From an uncultured Chlamydiae bacterium (lineage in GTDB: Bacteria; Chlamydiota; Chlamydiia; Chlamydiales; SM23-39): a stretch of DNA of 64,000 bases. Position numbers and translations under genes: made by a program. Below are positions 29,817-43,497 of the stretch, piece by piece (position 1 is the first letter of the stretch; every line of letters begins with the position of its first letter). The notes below the pieces were generated by a model. That model did no database searches. It was not told where the DNA came from and saw only the letters and a list, made by a program, of their open reading frames with translations. The stretch spans positions 608,001 through 672,000 of the forward strand of contig CAVSSM010000001.1 of NCBI GenBank assembly GCA_963730605.1. The letters are read 5' to 3'.

Positions 29817-31643
29817 CTAGCGTGACGCACGCTTCCGCTCGTTTTCCGTCAGGAACCGTTTTCTCAAACGGATGAAATTCGGCGTCACTTCGACCAGTTC
29901 GTCGTCCGCTATGTAGTCGATCGCTTGCTCCAGCGTAAATTTCCTGGGAGGGGTGAGGATGATATTTTCGTCGCTGCCCGCAGCGCGAATGTTGGTGAGC
30001 TGTTTCGCTTTGATGGCGTTGACGACAAGGTCGTTATCGCGCGCGTGTTCGCCGACGACCATCCCTTCGTAGACCTCATCGCCCGGTTTAACGAAGAGCG
30101 ACCCCCGCTCTTGTAGATTAAAGAGCGCGTAGCCATTGGCCTTGCCGGAGCCGTTAGCGATCATGACGCCGCGGCTGCGGCCGGGCATATCGCCTTTCCA
30201 AGGGGCGAAAACTTCAAAAATCGAGGTGAGGATGCCAAGCCCCGAGGTGCGGGTGAGAAAATCGTTGCGGTATCCCATAAGGCCCCTTGTCGGCACGAGA
30301 AACTGCATTGTCGTCAGCCCATGCTCCGAGGTGGAAAGGGTGCGCATTTCCCCTTTTTTGCGCGAAAGATCCTCGATCACAGTGCCGGAAAATTTTTCAG
30401 GCACTTCTACGTGGACCCGCTCCATCGGTTCCTGGACGACCCCGTCGACTTCCTTGGTGATCACAACCGGTTTCGAAAGGGCAAGCTCGTAACCTTCGCG
30501 TCGCATGGTTTCGATCAAAACGGCAAGATGCAGCTCGCCCCGTCCGCAGACGCGGATCGCATCGTCTCGGCCCGGAATTTCTTCGATCTTGAGGGAAATA
30601 TTCGCCCTTTTTTCACGCATGAGCCGGTCGCGCAGTTTGTTCATGGTGATATGCTTCCCGTCGCGTCCGGCAAAGGGGCTTGCATTGACAAGGAATTCCA
30701 CCGATACCGTCGGCTCGGCGAGAGTAATGGGAGGGAGCTGGACGATCTTATCGGGAGCGCAAATCGTGTCGCCGATATCAACCTCTGGGATGCCGGAAAG
30801 GGTGACGATATCGCCTGCGCCTGCGCTCTCCATCTCTACTTTCTTTAGGCCGAGGTGCCCCTCGATCCGGACAATTTTGTGTTGAGCATGGTTCCCGTTG
30901 CGGTCGACGCGGGTGACCATTTGCCCTTTTGCGATTTTCCCCTCGAGGATCCGGCCGCATGCTTGCCGGCCAACGTAATCGTCGTAGCTTAAGGTGGCCG
31001 CTTGCATGAGGAAGGGGAGGTCGAGATTTCCTGGGGGCGGGGGCGCAGCGCTCAAAATGAGCTCGAAAAGGGGAGTCAAGTCCTTCTTTTCATCGTCCAA
31101 ATTTTTTATCGCATAGCCGCTGAAGCCCGAGGCGTAAATGTAAGGGAAATCGAGCTGCTCGTCGTTGGCGCCAAGTTCCATGAAAAGATCGAATGTCAGG
31201 TTCAGCGCCCGGTCGGGGGCTGCATGGGGCCTATCGATCTTGTTCAAGACGACGATCGGCCTCAGGCCCATTTTGAGCGCTTGAGAGAGAACAAACCGCG
31301 TTTGAGGCATAGGCCCTTCCTGGGCGTCGACTAAGAGAAGAACGGAGTTGACCATCCCGAGGACCCTTTCTACTTCGCCGGAAAAATCGGCATGGCCGGG
31401 CGTATCGATAATATTAATTTTATAGTCTTTATAGTAAACGCAAGTATGTTTTGCGAAAATCGTGATTCCCCTCTCTTTTTCTTGGTCGAAGCTATCCATG
31501 ACCCGCTCTGGGACTTTCTCGTGTTCCTGGAAAATATTGGCCTGTTTGAGCAAACTGTCGAGGAGGGTAGTTTTCCCGTGGTCGATGTGGGCGATGATGG
31601 CGATATTTCTAATTTGCTTAGGGTCGTGCATTTCTATTCTCAT
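29817..31643 (-). CDS. typA: Translational GTPase TypA/BipA
   Basis: [50 protein letters not shown]. Confidence 0.97.
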   Translation of the reverse strand: MRIEMHDPKQIRNIAIIAHIDHGKTTLLDSLLKQANIFQEHEKVPERVMDSFDQEKERGITIFAKHTCVYYKDYKINIIDTPGHADFSGEVERVLGMVNSVLLLVDAQEGPMPQTRFVLSQALKMGLRPIVVLNKIDRPHAAPDRALNLTFDLFMELGANDEQLDFPYIYASGFSGYAIKNLDDEKKDLTPLFELILSAAPPPPGNLDLPFLMQAATLSYDDYVGRQACGRILEGKIAKGQMVTRVDRNGNHAQHKIVRIEGHLGLKKVEMESAGAGDIVTLSGIPEVDIGDTICAPDKIVQLPPITLAEPTVSVEFLVNASPFAGRDGKHITMNKLRDRLMREKRANISLKIEEIPGRDDAIRVCGRGELHLAVLIETMRREGYELALSKPVVITKEVDGVVQEPMERVHVEVPEKFSGTVIEDLSRKKGEMRTLSTSEHGLTTMQFLVPTRGLMGYRNDFLTRTSGLGILTSIFEVFAPWKGDMPGRSRGVMIANGSGKANGYALFNLQERGSLFVKPGDEVYEGMVVGEHARDNDLVVNAIKAKQLTNIRAAGSDENIILTPPRKFTLEQAIDYIADDELVEVTPNFIRLRKRFLTENERKRASR

Positions 31644-31809
31644 TCTTGAGGAAGGCTATGTTACCGAACTCAACTATTTAATTTCTAGGGGAAAAAGCGT
31701 TGCGGAAATGCTAAAAAATGAGGTACGATGCATCCAAGAAATGAGGAAAATCATGTAGATAGGCGTTGTGCGCCCCTGAAAGCTCGGGAAAGGCCCGGGA
31801 AGGAAAGTA

Positions 31810-33264
31810 ATGGAAATCCATTCCAATGAAGAAGAGATCGAGGACGGCGCCAACGCTTTGGAGTCGAAAACAGGACGGATCGACGACCTGCTCAAGGAAA
31901 AACTTGAAAAGGCGTTCCATAAGCAAACGTCCAAGGTGCGGCTCCACGACATCGCTAAGATCGCCTGCGAACATTCCCCCATTGACCTCGCCTACGCCGC
32001 ATCCCACCTTCCCCATCATGTCCGTCCCGTCCTTTTTGAAAACCTTCCTAACCGCGACGCGAAAATCAAATTCTTGGTTACGACCGACGGCGATACGCGG
32101 CTGACCCTGTTCCGGCAGATCGATGACGTTGAGCTGAAAAAAATTTTTGAACGGATGCCGACCGATGAAGCCGTATGGATCGTGGACGATATGCCGGAGA
32201 GGCGTTTCCGCCGCTTGATGGCGGTGATCGACTCGAAAAAAGCGAGCCGGATCCGCGAGCTGAAAAAGCACGATCGCAAGAGCGCCGGCCGCCTCATGAC
32301 CTCCGAATTTTTCGCGTTCACGATGGATATGACGATCGGGGAGGCGGCCGACTATATCCGGGACAACCCTAGGATCGATTTCACGAAGGGGATTTTCATC
32401 CTGAACCATTCCGGCGAGCTGCAGGGGTACGTGCCTGCCCGCAACGTGATGATCAATCCTCTCACGACCCCGCTCCGCCAGGTGATGAGGCCCGTCTTGC
32501 ACAAAGTCACCGCCGAAGCGACCCGGGAAGAGGTGATCGATATCGTCGAGCGCTACAAGATCGCCTCCCTGCCTGTCGTCGATATCGACAACTATCTCAT
32601 CGGCGTCATCGCTCATGAAGACATCGTCGAGGCGCTGGAAGATTTGGCGGACGAGACGATCGCCAAGATGGCGGGTACGAATAACAAGTTCACGTCCCAC
32701 GATCCGATCTTGCGCCGCTTCTTGACGAGAGCCCCCTGGCTTTTGGTGACTCTTCTCGCCGGGCTCCTAAACGTCGGCGTGATGTCCTCATTTCAAAAAT
32801 ACGAGGGGGGAGTTTTGACGTTTGCCCTCTTTTTCGTCCCCTTAATCAATGGAATGTCCGGGACGATCGGGCTGCAATGCAGCACGGTTCTAGTGCGCAT
32901 CATGGCCATGGGAGGGCTTTCTGCGGGCAGCCGCAGGGAGACACTTGTCAAAGAGCTCTTGAGCGGCCTTTTTACGGGCCTCATCTTCGGCATCGGCTGC
33001 GGCCTACTCGTCTATCTCTTCGATACGCTGGGCGGGGGCGTTGGGCCGGCCGCTCCGATCGCAGTCGGGGCGATCGTCGGGTTCGGCCTTATCGGGGGCT
33101 GTACAGCGGGCACGCTTCTTGGCGTCTTTTCGCCGCTTTTTTTCTCCCGGATCGGCGTCGATCCGGCCATTTCGGCTGGCCCCATCGTGACCGCCTTCAA
33201 CGATTTCTTGTCCATGACCATCTATTTTGTAATCGCTCTCGGCATCAGCAATTTGTTTTTTTAA
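31810..33264 (+). CDS. mgtE: Magnesium transporter MgtE
   Basis: AGRLMT, CBS pair, R.PWL, GVDPA..AGPIVT..ND. Confidence 0.93.
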   Translation: MEIHSNEEEIEDGANALESKTGRIDDLLKEKLEKAFHKQTSKVRLHDIAKIACEHSPIDLAYAASHLPHHVRPVLFENLPNRDAKIKFLVTTDGDTRLTLFRQIDDVELKKIFERMPTDEAVWIVDDMPERRFRRLMAVIDSKKASRIRELKKHDRKSAGRLMTSEFFAFTMDMTIGEAADYIRDNPRIDFTKGIFILNHSGELQGYVPARNVMINPLTTPLRQVMRPVLHKVTAEATREEVIDIVERYKIASLPVVDIDNYLIGVIAHEDIVEALEDLADETIAKMAGTNNKFTSHDPILRRFLTRAPWLLVTLLAGLLNVGVMSSFQKYEGGVLTFALFFVPLINGMSGTIGLQCSTVLVRIMAMGGLSAGSRRETLVKELLSGLFTGLIFGIGCGLLVYLFDTLGGGVGPAAPIAVGAIVGFGLIGGCTAGTLLGVFSPLFFSRIGVDPAISAGPIVTAFNDFLSMTIYFVIALGISNLFF

Positions 33265-33280
33265 CTCTCATTTTTTTGCA

Positions 33281-33309
33281 TTGAATTTTTGCTAAAGTTT
33301 CAGTACACT
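33281..33309 (+). promoter_or_regulatory. Candidate sigma66/70 promoter for dciA-gyrB-gyrA
   Basis: TTGAAT-N17-TACACT, about 20 bp upstream of the 33329 start. Confidence 0.4.
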
Positions 33310-33328
33310 TGGGAATGGAGCATTTCTT

Positions 33329-33649
33329 ATGAATTCCCGCACTCCTAGGCACTTTGACGGCACCCGTTCCCCCGGCGTAAAAATCGAGGAACTCTTGCCC
33401 GATCTATTGGCAAAGATCCGTAGGAATTCCGAAATTCCGAGGGAAGCGGTGTTCCGAGAATGGGCTCTTCTTATGGGAGAAAAATTGGCTGGGATGACAG
33501 AGCCCGTCTCTTTTGAAGACGGGGTATTGACGGTCGCTCTGAAAAGTTCGATGCTCTATAGTTTGCTCCGGGTGCATGAAAAGCCCCGACTGCTCAGGAA
33601 GCTCCAAGAAAAATTCCAGGTCAAGGACCTCGTGTTCAAGATCGGGTGA
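33329..33649 (+). CDS. DUF721/DciA-family protein
   Basis: W..LMGE.LA..T.PV.F.DGVL.V pattern; upstream of gyrB. Confidence 0.75.
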   Translation: MNSRTPRHFDGTRSPGVKIEELLPDLLAKIRRNSEIPREAVFREWALLMGEKLAGMTEPVSFEDGVLTVALKSSMLYSLLRVHEKPRLLRKLQEKFQVKDLVFKIG

Positions 33650-33657
33650 GGCAAGGC

Positions 33658-36143
<2,486 letters not shown>

Positions 36144-36153
36144 GAGAGAGCCT

Positions 36154-38611
36154 ATGTCCTATACGAAAGATGAAGTCATCGTTCCCCGCAATGTCGAAGA
36201 AGAGATGAAGGAAAGCTACCTTCGCTACTCGATGTCGGTCATCATCTCCCGGGCCCTTCCCGATGTGCGCGATGGGCTAAAGCCCTCCCAGCGGCGTATC
36301 CTCTATGCGATGCGGCAGCTGAATTTGACCCCGGGCGCCAAACACCGAAAATGCGCGAAAATCTCCGGCGACACGTCCGGCGATTACCACCCTCACGGCG
36401 AGACGGTGATTTATCCAACGCTTGTCCGCATGGCCCAGGATTGGGCGATGCGCTATACGCTTGATCAACGGGCAAGGAAACTTCGGATCGATCGACGGCG
36501 ATCCTCCTGCCGCGATGCGTTATACCGAAGCGCGCCTCACCCATGCCGCGATGGCCCTCATGGAAGATCTCGACAAAGAGACCGTCGAGATGATCCCCAA
36601 CTATGACGAGACGAAGACCGAGCCGACGGTATTTCCCGCGAAATTTCCGAATCTGCTCTGCAACGGCTCTTCTGGGATTGCAGTCGGTATGGCGACGAAT
36701 ATCCCTCCCCATAACTTTGACGAGCTCGATCGCCGCGACGATCTTGTGCTCGACAATCGCAGCGCCAGCCATCGACGAGATCATGAAGGTGATGCCCGGG
36801 CCCCGACTTTCCGACAGGCGGCGTCATCTGCGGCTACCGGGGCATCAAAGAAGCCTACCATACAGGCCGAGGCAAGATCATCCTTCGCGCGCTCGTTACG
36901 AGTGGAAGACCTGCCGAATCAGCGGCAGCAGATCATCGTCGATGAGATCCCCTACAACGTCAACAAATCGAGTCCTCATCAAGCGGATCGCCGACCTGAT
37001 CAATGAAAAAGTGATCACCGGCCTCTCCGATATCCGCGATGAATCGGACAAAGACGGGATGCGGATCGTCCTCGAGCTCAAACGGGGCGAGATTCCCGAT
37101 GTGACGATCAACCAGCTCTATAAAAATACCGATCTTCAGGTGACGTTCGGCTGCAACATGCTCGCGCTCGACAAGCGGCTTGCCGCGCACGATGAATATC
37201 AAGCATTTCATCGGCGCGTGGATCGACCACCGGATCGAAGTCATCCGCCGCCGCACCCGCTTCGAGCTTGCCAAAGCAGAAGCCCGCGCCCATATTTTAG
37301 AAGGGTATCTCAAAGCGCTCGACCATCTCGACGAAGTGGTCAAGATCATCCGCGCATCGGAAAACCGCGACGCAGCCCGGACCGAATTGATGGTCCGCTT
37401 TGCCTTATCGGAAAGACAGGCCAACGCCGTCCTCGACCTTCGCCTCTACCAACTGACTGGTCTCGAAGCGGAAAAGATCGAAGCCGAATACAAAGACCTT
37501 CTTGCGAAAGATCGCCCATTTCAAAGCGATCCTCGCGCTGAGGCGATGGTCCGCGACATCATCCGCGAAGAGCTTGAAGAGATCGAAAAAAGCGCTGAAA
37601 TCGGAGCGGAAGACCAAGATCATCGCCGCCGAAGGGGAATTCCAGATGGAAGACCTGATCGCCGACGAACAGGTGGTGATCACCATTTCCAATGACGACT
37701 ACATCAAGCGGATGCCGATCGATACCTTCCGCGAGCAGCGACGCGGCGGCGCCGGCGTCGTCGGCATGGAGATGAAGAAAGAAGCCGACATCCTGAAAAA
37801 CATCTACGTCGCTTCGACCCACGAATATCTCCTCATCTTCACAAACCATGGCCGATGCTATTGGACCAAAGTTTGGCAGATCCCGGAAGCGGGACGCCGC
37901 ACCAAAGGGCGACCGATCATCAATCTTCTCGAAGATTTGCGCGAAAATGAAAAAGTCGCCGCGATCTTCAAAGTGCGCAATTTCGAAGAGGAGGCTTGCA
38001 TCCTTCTTGCGACGTTGAAAGGGGTCGTGAAAAAGACCGAGCTATCGGCGTTCAGCAATCCGCGACGCAAAGGGGTCTATGCCCTCAATATCGACGAAGG
38101 CGACGAGCTGATCGCTGCGCGGATGACCCATCCCGGCCAGCAGATCATGATCTTTACCAAGAACGGCATGGCTGTCCGGTTTGACGAAAGCCTTGTCCGC
38201 CCCATCGGCCGAGTTGGCCGCGGCGTGCGCGGGGTCACGCTTAAAAATGAGAAAGACGATAAAGTCGTCGGCTGCGAAGTGGTCAACGCCGGACGAAACG
38301 ATCCTCATCGTCTGTGAAAACGGCTTCGGCAAACGATCCAATGTCGAAGATTTCCGCCAAACGAACCGCGGCGGCGTCGGCGTCCGTTCGATCATCACCT
38401 CCGAGCGGAACGGCATGGTCGTCGCGGCTCTCAGCGTGACCGATACCGATAGCGTTCTTCTCATGTCGCGGAAGGGCAAGCCGTCCGCATCCCGATGCGC
38501 GATGTCCGCGTCATGGGCCGATCGACCCAAGGAGTGCGCCTCGTCAATGTGAAAGGGGATAACGACATGGTCGTCGGCGCTCAGAAAATCGAAGCGATCG
38601 CGGAAGAGTAA
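36154..38611 (+). CDS. gyrA: DNA gyrase subunit A (multiple apparent frameshifts)
   Basis: [38 protein letters not shown], GyrA box QRRGGAG and C-terminal blades across frames. Confidence 0.93.
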
Positions 38612-38612
38612 A

Positions 38613-38776
38613 TATACCGCGCCCACTCATTTTGAGTGAATTTCGTTGAGCGCCTTTTACGCCCCAGCGCATTGCTCGATCTTGCTAACATCCTAAAGTT
38701 TACGGCGATCTCCGCAACGCTACTGGAGCGCAAAATCCGCTATCAAAATTCACACAACCTAAGCGGGCGCGGTATA
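38613..38776. mobile_element. TA-flanked MITE-like element directly after the gyrA stop
   Basis: Ends TATACCGCGCCC and GGGCGCGGTATA, extending imperfectly to about 30 bp. Confidence 0.78.
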
Positions 38777-38998
38777 GAAAAATCAGGGCTCTGCCCTGAC
38801 CCGCCAAAGGCTGCGGAAATACAAAAAAGATTTTTTTGTGCGGAGCAGATCCTTTGGAATCTTGGGATGAAGATGACGCTCAGGATTAGTCTTTAGGCTC
38901 TAGAGAAATATCCTATAGTCCGTTTTAAAAAAATCTGCAAAACGCTTCGCCGTTATCATTCATATTATTCTAAGTCTTTCATTATCAAATATTTTGCT

Positions 38999-39042
38999 TT
39001 TTACTCAATGCATTGAGTAAAATTGCTCAATGGATTGAGCAA
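38999..39042. promoter_or_regulatory. Tandem palindromes, candidate operator
   Basis: TTACTCAATGCATTGAGTAA and TTGCTCAATGGATTGAGCAA at 22-bp spacing upstream of tmk. Confidence 0.45.
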
Positions 39043-39107
39043 ATGGGTAATAGCTTGATTTTCAAACTCTTGATGAAGCGGCTGGGGGAGCCTAGAGGGT
39101 TCATTCC

Positions 39108-39728
39108 ATGACGCGCGGCATTTTCATTACCATCGAGGGCGGGGAAGGAGCGGGCAAGACGACCCTGATCGAGAGCCTCTATAAGCACCTTGTTGAAGCA
39201 GGACGGCAAGTCCTAAAAACTCGAGAGCCAGGCAGCACGCCCCTTGGGGAAGAGATCCGCAACATCCTGCTTCACCATAAGGGCCCTGTTTCTCCCTACA
39301 CGGAACTTTCCCTTTTCCTCGCCTCGCGCGCCCAGCATATCTCCGAATTGATCGCTCCCGCCCTAGAGGCAGGCATTGTCGTTCTTTGCGACCGGTTCAA
39401 CGATTCGACGATCGCCTACCAAGGGATGGCCCGCGGGCTTGGGATGGAAAAAGTCGCTTCCTTTTGTGAGTTCATATGTGCGGGATTGGAGCCAAATCTA
39501 ACCCTTTATCTCGATATTGATCCAAAACAGGGGATTTCCCGAGCGAAAAAGACCCATTCATTGGATCGGATCGAGGCTGAGGACCTCGTTTTCCATGCCA
39601 AGATCCGCAAGGGGTTTCTCGCCCTCCACAAAAAATATCCCCATCGCTTCCATCTGATCGATGCCGATCAATCATCTGTTGCGGTTTTTCGGGAGGCACT
39701 GGCGTTGCTGAGGCCCTTATTCCATTAA
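39108..39728 (+). CDS. tmk: Thymidylate kinase
   Basis: FITIEGGEGAGKTT, TREPG, LCDRF.DST.AYQG. Confidence 0.96.
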   Translation: MTRGIFITIEGGEGAGKTTLIESLYKHLVEAGRQVLKTREPGSTPLGEEIRNILLHHKGPVSPYTELSLFLASRAQHISELIAPALEAGIVVLCDRFNDSTIAYQGMARGLGMEKVASFCEFICAGLEPNLTLYLDIDPKQGISRAKKTHSLDRIEAEDLVFHAKIRKGFLALHKKYPHRFHLIDADQSSVAVFREALALLRPLFH

Positions 39729-40048
39729 GAGACTTTACGAACTTTGTTTCTGTCGATTTACCCTTCCTTTTCTTAACTTGCGGTTCCCTTGTTCGAATAT
39801 GCTTGGAATGAGCAACTTGTATACAAATTGATTCTTAGGAATTTAAGAAGAAAAAGATTTTCGAATATGGGGATTTTTTCTTTACTTTCTCATTCATTGG
39901 GATCTGGCCGTTTTTACGCGATAAAATGTTGGTTGTCAGTAACTTATTTTTGTTTTTTGGTTATTAGCAATATTAAATATCTTTTGAATTAAATATATAA
40001 ATTCGTTATAATTAATATGAATAATAAATAAAATAACTGGAGATTAAT

Positions 40049-42422
40049 ATGAGCTTTGAAGTAAAAGCAAGCGTTGGAGTACAAGAAACAGTATGGCGAG
40101 CTCTAAGAAACTGTGTGTCTAAGCACGCCAACACAGTACTTCCTGTCAGCGCAACCGTTTCTATTGTTGCGGGTACTACTGCAGGCGCTGTTATTGCTAC
40201 GGCTCCGATACTAGCGAGTGCAACAATAGTTACGGTAGCTTTAGGTGGAGTTGCAGCTATGTTTTTTGCGGTAGGAACGCAATTATTCCCGCTCAAAAAA
40301 ATGGAAACAGTGGATGCTAAATCGAGTACTATAAACGATTATTTCCTCGATACTACTACTCAGCTCTATGTTGAAAAACTCAATTTTAATACGGAAGAAA
40401 CTCGCAAATCAGCTGAAAAAGTTTTTAAAGATGTTCGGGCTGTCGATCAAGAAGCTCTCTACAATTCCATTAACAATGCAAAGTTTAAAATACGTGAAGA
40501 AAAAAGAATTAAGACAGTTCTTGATGCGACTGTGAACCTTCCAGCACCTGACAGAGCCGAATTTGTCAAGTTGCTAACTGAACTATATCAACCTAAAGAA
40601 TTTACAAATATTATAAATCTGCTCACAGATACTAATAATATTCCAAATCAAGCAGAAATACTAAGTATTCTCAAGCATTTAAAAGTTCTTAACGTGTCAG
40701 CTAGTGTAATAAATGGAGAGATAATAAAGTCTCTTGCGAAATTTACCGATGTTGATAAACGATTCAATATCGTCACATTGTTAAAAGATCTTGGATTAAA
40801 AAATGAGCCTATAGATGAAGCTCAAAGAGGAATTATCAATGGCATAAAATTCCTGAACAAATTTGATGAGGAAGGTGATAGAACAAACGTTGCTACTCGG
40901 ATAAAGAATCTTAAAATCCCAACGAATGATATGCCAAGCTTTATGACCGCTCTGGCAAACTCAATTCATGAATTAAATGACCTACATCATTTCTTAGACC
41001 AGGCTATGAAAATCAATGTGCCCGATAAAATCAAATGTGCTACTTATGCATGTTTAGCTGGCGTTGCTCAGAAAGAAAGAGAGGATTTTGTTCATTTTGC
41101 CAATCAATTATTGCAACCATCATTAAAAGACACCTCAAAATTGGATATCTTGAAAAAATTAGCGTCTATTCCTCCTCGAACTGAACATATTACACCAGCT
41201 CAAATTAAAAGAGCACGAGAAAATTTTGTAAATAAAGTGAAAAGAGATGAAGGTTTTTGTGAAATGATAGATATCTTAGGATTAGAGGCTACTTCATTCA
41301 ATTCTAAAGACTTATTAAAAATCGCTAAACAAATTCATAGTACAACATCAAAAGAAAAATTTCCTGATAAAGGTAGTGAAAATAGAGAGAAATTGCTGAA
41401 AATGGCCTACGATGTAATTAATAATTATGGGACGTTTAATGAATTCGAAAAGCATGTCATCCGTGCAATAGCTCCTAGGAGTGGTATGCTGTTTTTTACG
41501 TCGGATTCAATAAAGCAGAATGCATTTGAAACGTTATCTAAGTCGACTAAAGACCAGCAAAAATTATTTAACCTTATTATAAATCAGAAACGGATGGATG
41601 ATGTGGATGATGTAATCGATTTTGCGAAAGCCATCAATACGATACCAAAAAATGCATTTTTAAAAAATGAATTATTTGATTTTGATAAATTGAATACTAA
41701 TGAATTAAAAAAACTACTTGATAAATTAACTGATAAACAGTGCGCTGTCGTTATTCAGTATTTGGCAAATTTAATAGATTTAAATACAATTAATTTAGAT
41801 ATAAATACAATTTCCAAGATTAATACTGCTATCACTCGTAATATGAGTACAACTTTTCTCGAGTCAATACTGGACGTGCTAGACCTAAGTGCGGCGAGCG
41901 CGCCGGGGGGGGGGCAGCAGTGGTACCAGTGCCAGCGCCAGTGCCAGGAGCAGTGCCAGCAGTGGTACCAGTACCAGTGCCAGCGCCAGGAGCAGTGCCA
42001 GGAGCAGTGCCAGGAGCAGTGCCAGGAGCAGTGCCAGGAGCAGTGCCAGGAGCAGTGCCAGGAGCAGTGCCAGGAGCAGTGCCAGCAGTGGTACCAGCGC
42101 CAGCGCCAGGAGCAGCGCCAGGAGCAGGAGGAGGACCACCACCGCAGCCACCGCAGCTACAGCAGCCACCGCAGCCAGCAGCTACCAGCGCCAGCAGCCA
42201 CCGCAGCTAGCGCCAGCAGCCACGCAGACCCCACCGCAGCCACCGCAGCTACAGCAGCCACCGCAGCCACCGCAGCTACAGCAGCCACCGCAGCCACCGC
42301 AGCTACAGCAGCCACCGCAGCCTACAGCAGCCACCACAGCCGCAAGTAGCCAGACAAACATGGTGGCACTCCCTACAAACATGGTGGCACTCCCTAGTGA
42401 AATTTTTGGACAACAATTTTAG
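40049..42422 (+). CDS. Large AT-rich hypothetical protein (N-terminal hydrophobic hairpin, low-complexity C-terminus; reading frame of the tail uncertain)
   Basis: ORF 40049-42349 with a ~50-aa hydrophobic stretch; repeat tail open in three frames after a G10 tract. Confidence 0.7.
41905..42394 (+). repeat. G10 tract followed by 12-bp, 27-bp and 21-bp tandem repeats
   Basis: CCAGGAGCAGTG x ~8; CAGCCACCGCAGCCACCGCAGCTACAG units; ACAAACATGGTGGCACTCCCT x2. Confidence 0.92.
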
Positions 42423-42497
42423 CGGGTGATGTGTATGCCGCTGCAATGAGAGCATCGGCATATTTCTAGACTCATTTTTTTCAAAACTTCTTCAAAG

Positions 42498-42531
42498 AAA
42501 AAAATCCTTCCATTCGGAAGGGTTTTTTTTT
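42498..42531. terminator. Bidirectional intrinsic terminator
   Basis: AAAAAAATCCTTCC-ATTC-GGAAGGGTTTTTTTTT between convergent genes. Confidence 0.8.
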
Positions 42532-42651
42532 GTCTTATTCACTGCTGAGAGCTGTCGTATCTATCGGCAAGGCCGGGTGCTGTTTCCCACCAGGGCTCGC
42601 CGGAGAACAATACGGTATCGCCATGGCGGAAGACCCGGTAGGTTATGCCTA

Positions 42652-43092
42652 TCAGGTGGGGTCGAAAACAGAAATGAAAGGATTTTCTCCATATTGCAAA
42701 ATTTTCTCATCTGCGGTAACCAATACCGCATCTTCTTCATAAGCGCTAGCAATAAGTATCCGGTCTGCAGGGTCTCCATGAATCAGCCCTGGCAATCGAT
42801 TGCTAAGAATGGCTACTTCAAACGAAATTTCGGAAATCAATATGCCAGGTAATTCAACCCATTGTTTTAGCCAATCAGTCATTTCCATATCCAAAACAAT
42901 CCTTTTTCTTTCTACAAGCATGGAGATTTCCCAAACTGAAATGGGAGAAATGAGTAAATGCTCTCGCTGCTTAGCATTTTGAATGGCTTTTCTGGTAGGT
43001 GGCGTAATGATTGGGTTGCCCCCCGCTATCCAAATCCAAACATGGGTATCTAGAAGAAGTTTATGCTGTTTTACTTCCTTAACGTGTGGCAT
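42652..43092 (-). CDS. vapC: VapC/PIN-domain toxin
   Basis: LLLDTHVWIW, SPISVWEI, HGDPADRILIASA, LVTAD. Confidence 0.92.
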   Translation of the reverse strand: MPHVKEVKQHKLLLDTHVWIWIAGGNPIITPPTRKAIQNAKQREHLLISPISVWEISMLVERKRIVLDMEMTDWLKQWVELPGILISEISFEVAILSNRLPGLIHGDPADRILIASAYEEDAVLVTADEKILQYGENPFISVFDPT

Positions 43093-43309
43093 CCCACACC
43101 TCATCAATTGGAGAAATAATGTCTCCAACGATATGCACAGTGCCCTTCATTCTACCGAACAAAACACCTTCATCTTCTTCAATAGGGATTAACTGAGCGA
43201 TGGGTTTGTTTCTTTTAGTGATGATAATTTTTCGTTTTGTCCTTTGTACTCTATCCATCAACTTGAGACAATGCGCCTTAAATTTACCAGCTTGCACATA
43301 TTCAGTCAT
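43079..43309 (-). CDS. Phd/YefM-family antitoxin
   Basis: FKAHCLKLMDRV, IIITKRNKPIAQL; overlaps the toxin start. Confidence 0.9.
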   Translation of the reverse strand: MTEYVQAGKFKAHCLKLMDRVQRTKRKIIITKRNKPIAQLIPIEEDEGVLFGRMKGTVHIVGDIISPIDEVWDATR

Positions 43310-43327
43310 AAAACACCCATGTCACAT

Positions 43328-43349
43328 ATGGTCATATTATCATGACCAT
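43328..43349. promoter_or_regulatory. Putative toxin-antitoxin autoregulatory operator
   Basis: ATGGTCAT-N6-ATGACCAT immediately upstream of the antitoxin. Confidence 0.6.
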
Positions 43350-43497
43350 GATTTTCGATCAACAAGATTTGTAAGACACTGACTGCAAGGTGGGTTAATA
43401 CCTCAATTTTGCGAAAAATTTCGCGCTCAAAACAATACTCAAGCGTTGATTTGACAATTCATAGGAAATATTTGAGGTTTGGGTTATTGGTATATTC

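Noticed and set aside
31711..32700. Long antisense ORFs (this one and e.g. 8125-8931, 15510-16214)
   Set aside because: They are shadow ORFs opposite well-supported genes in GC-rich coding DNA.
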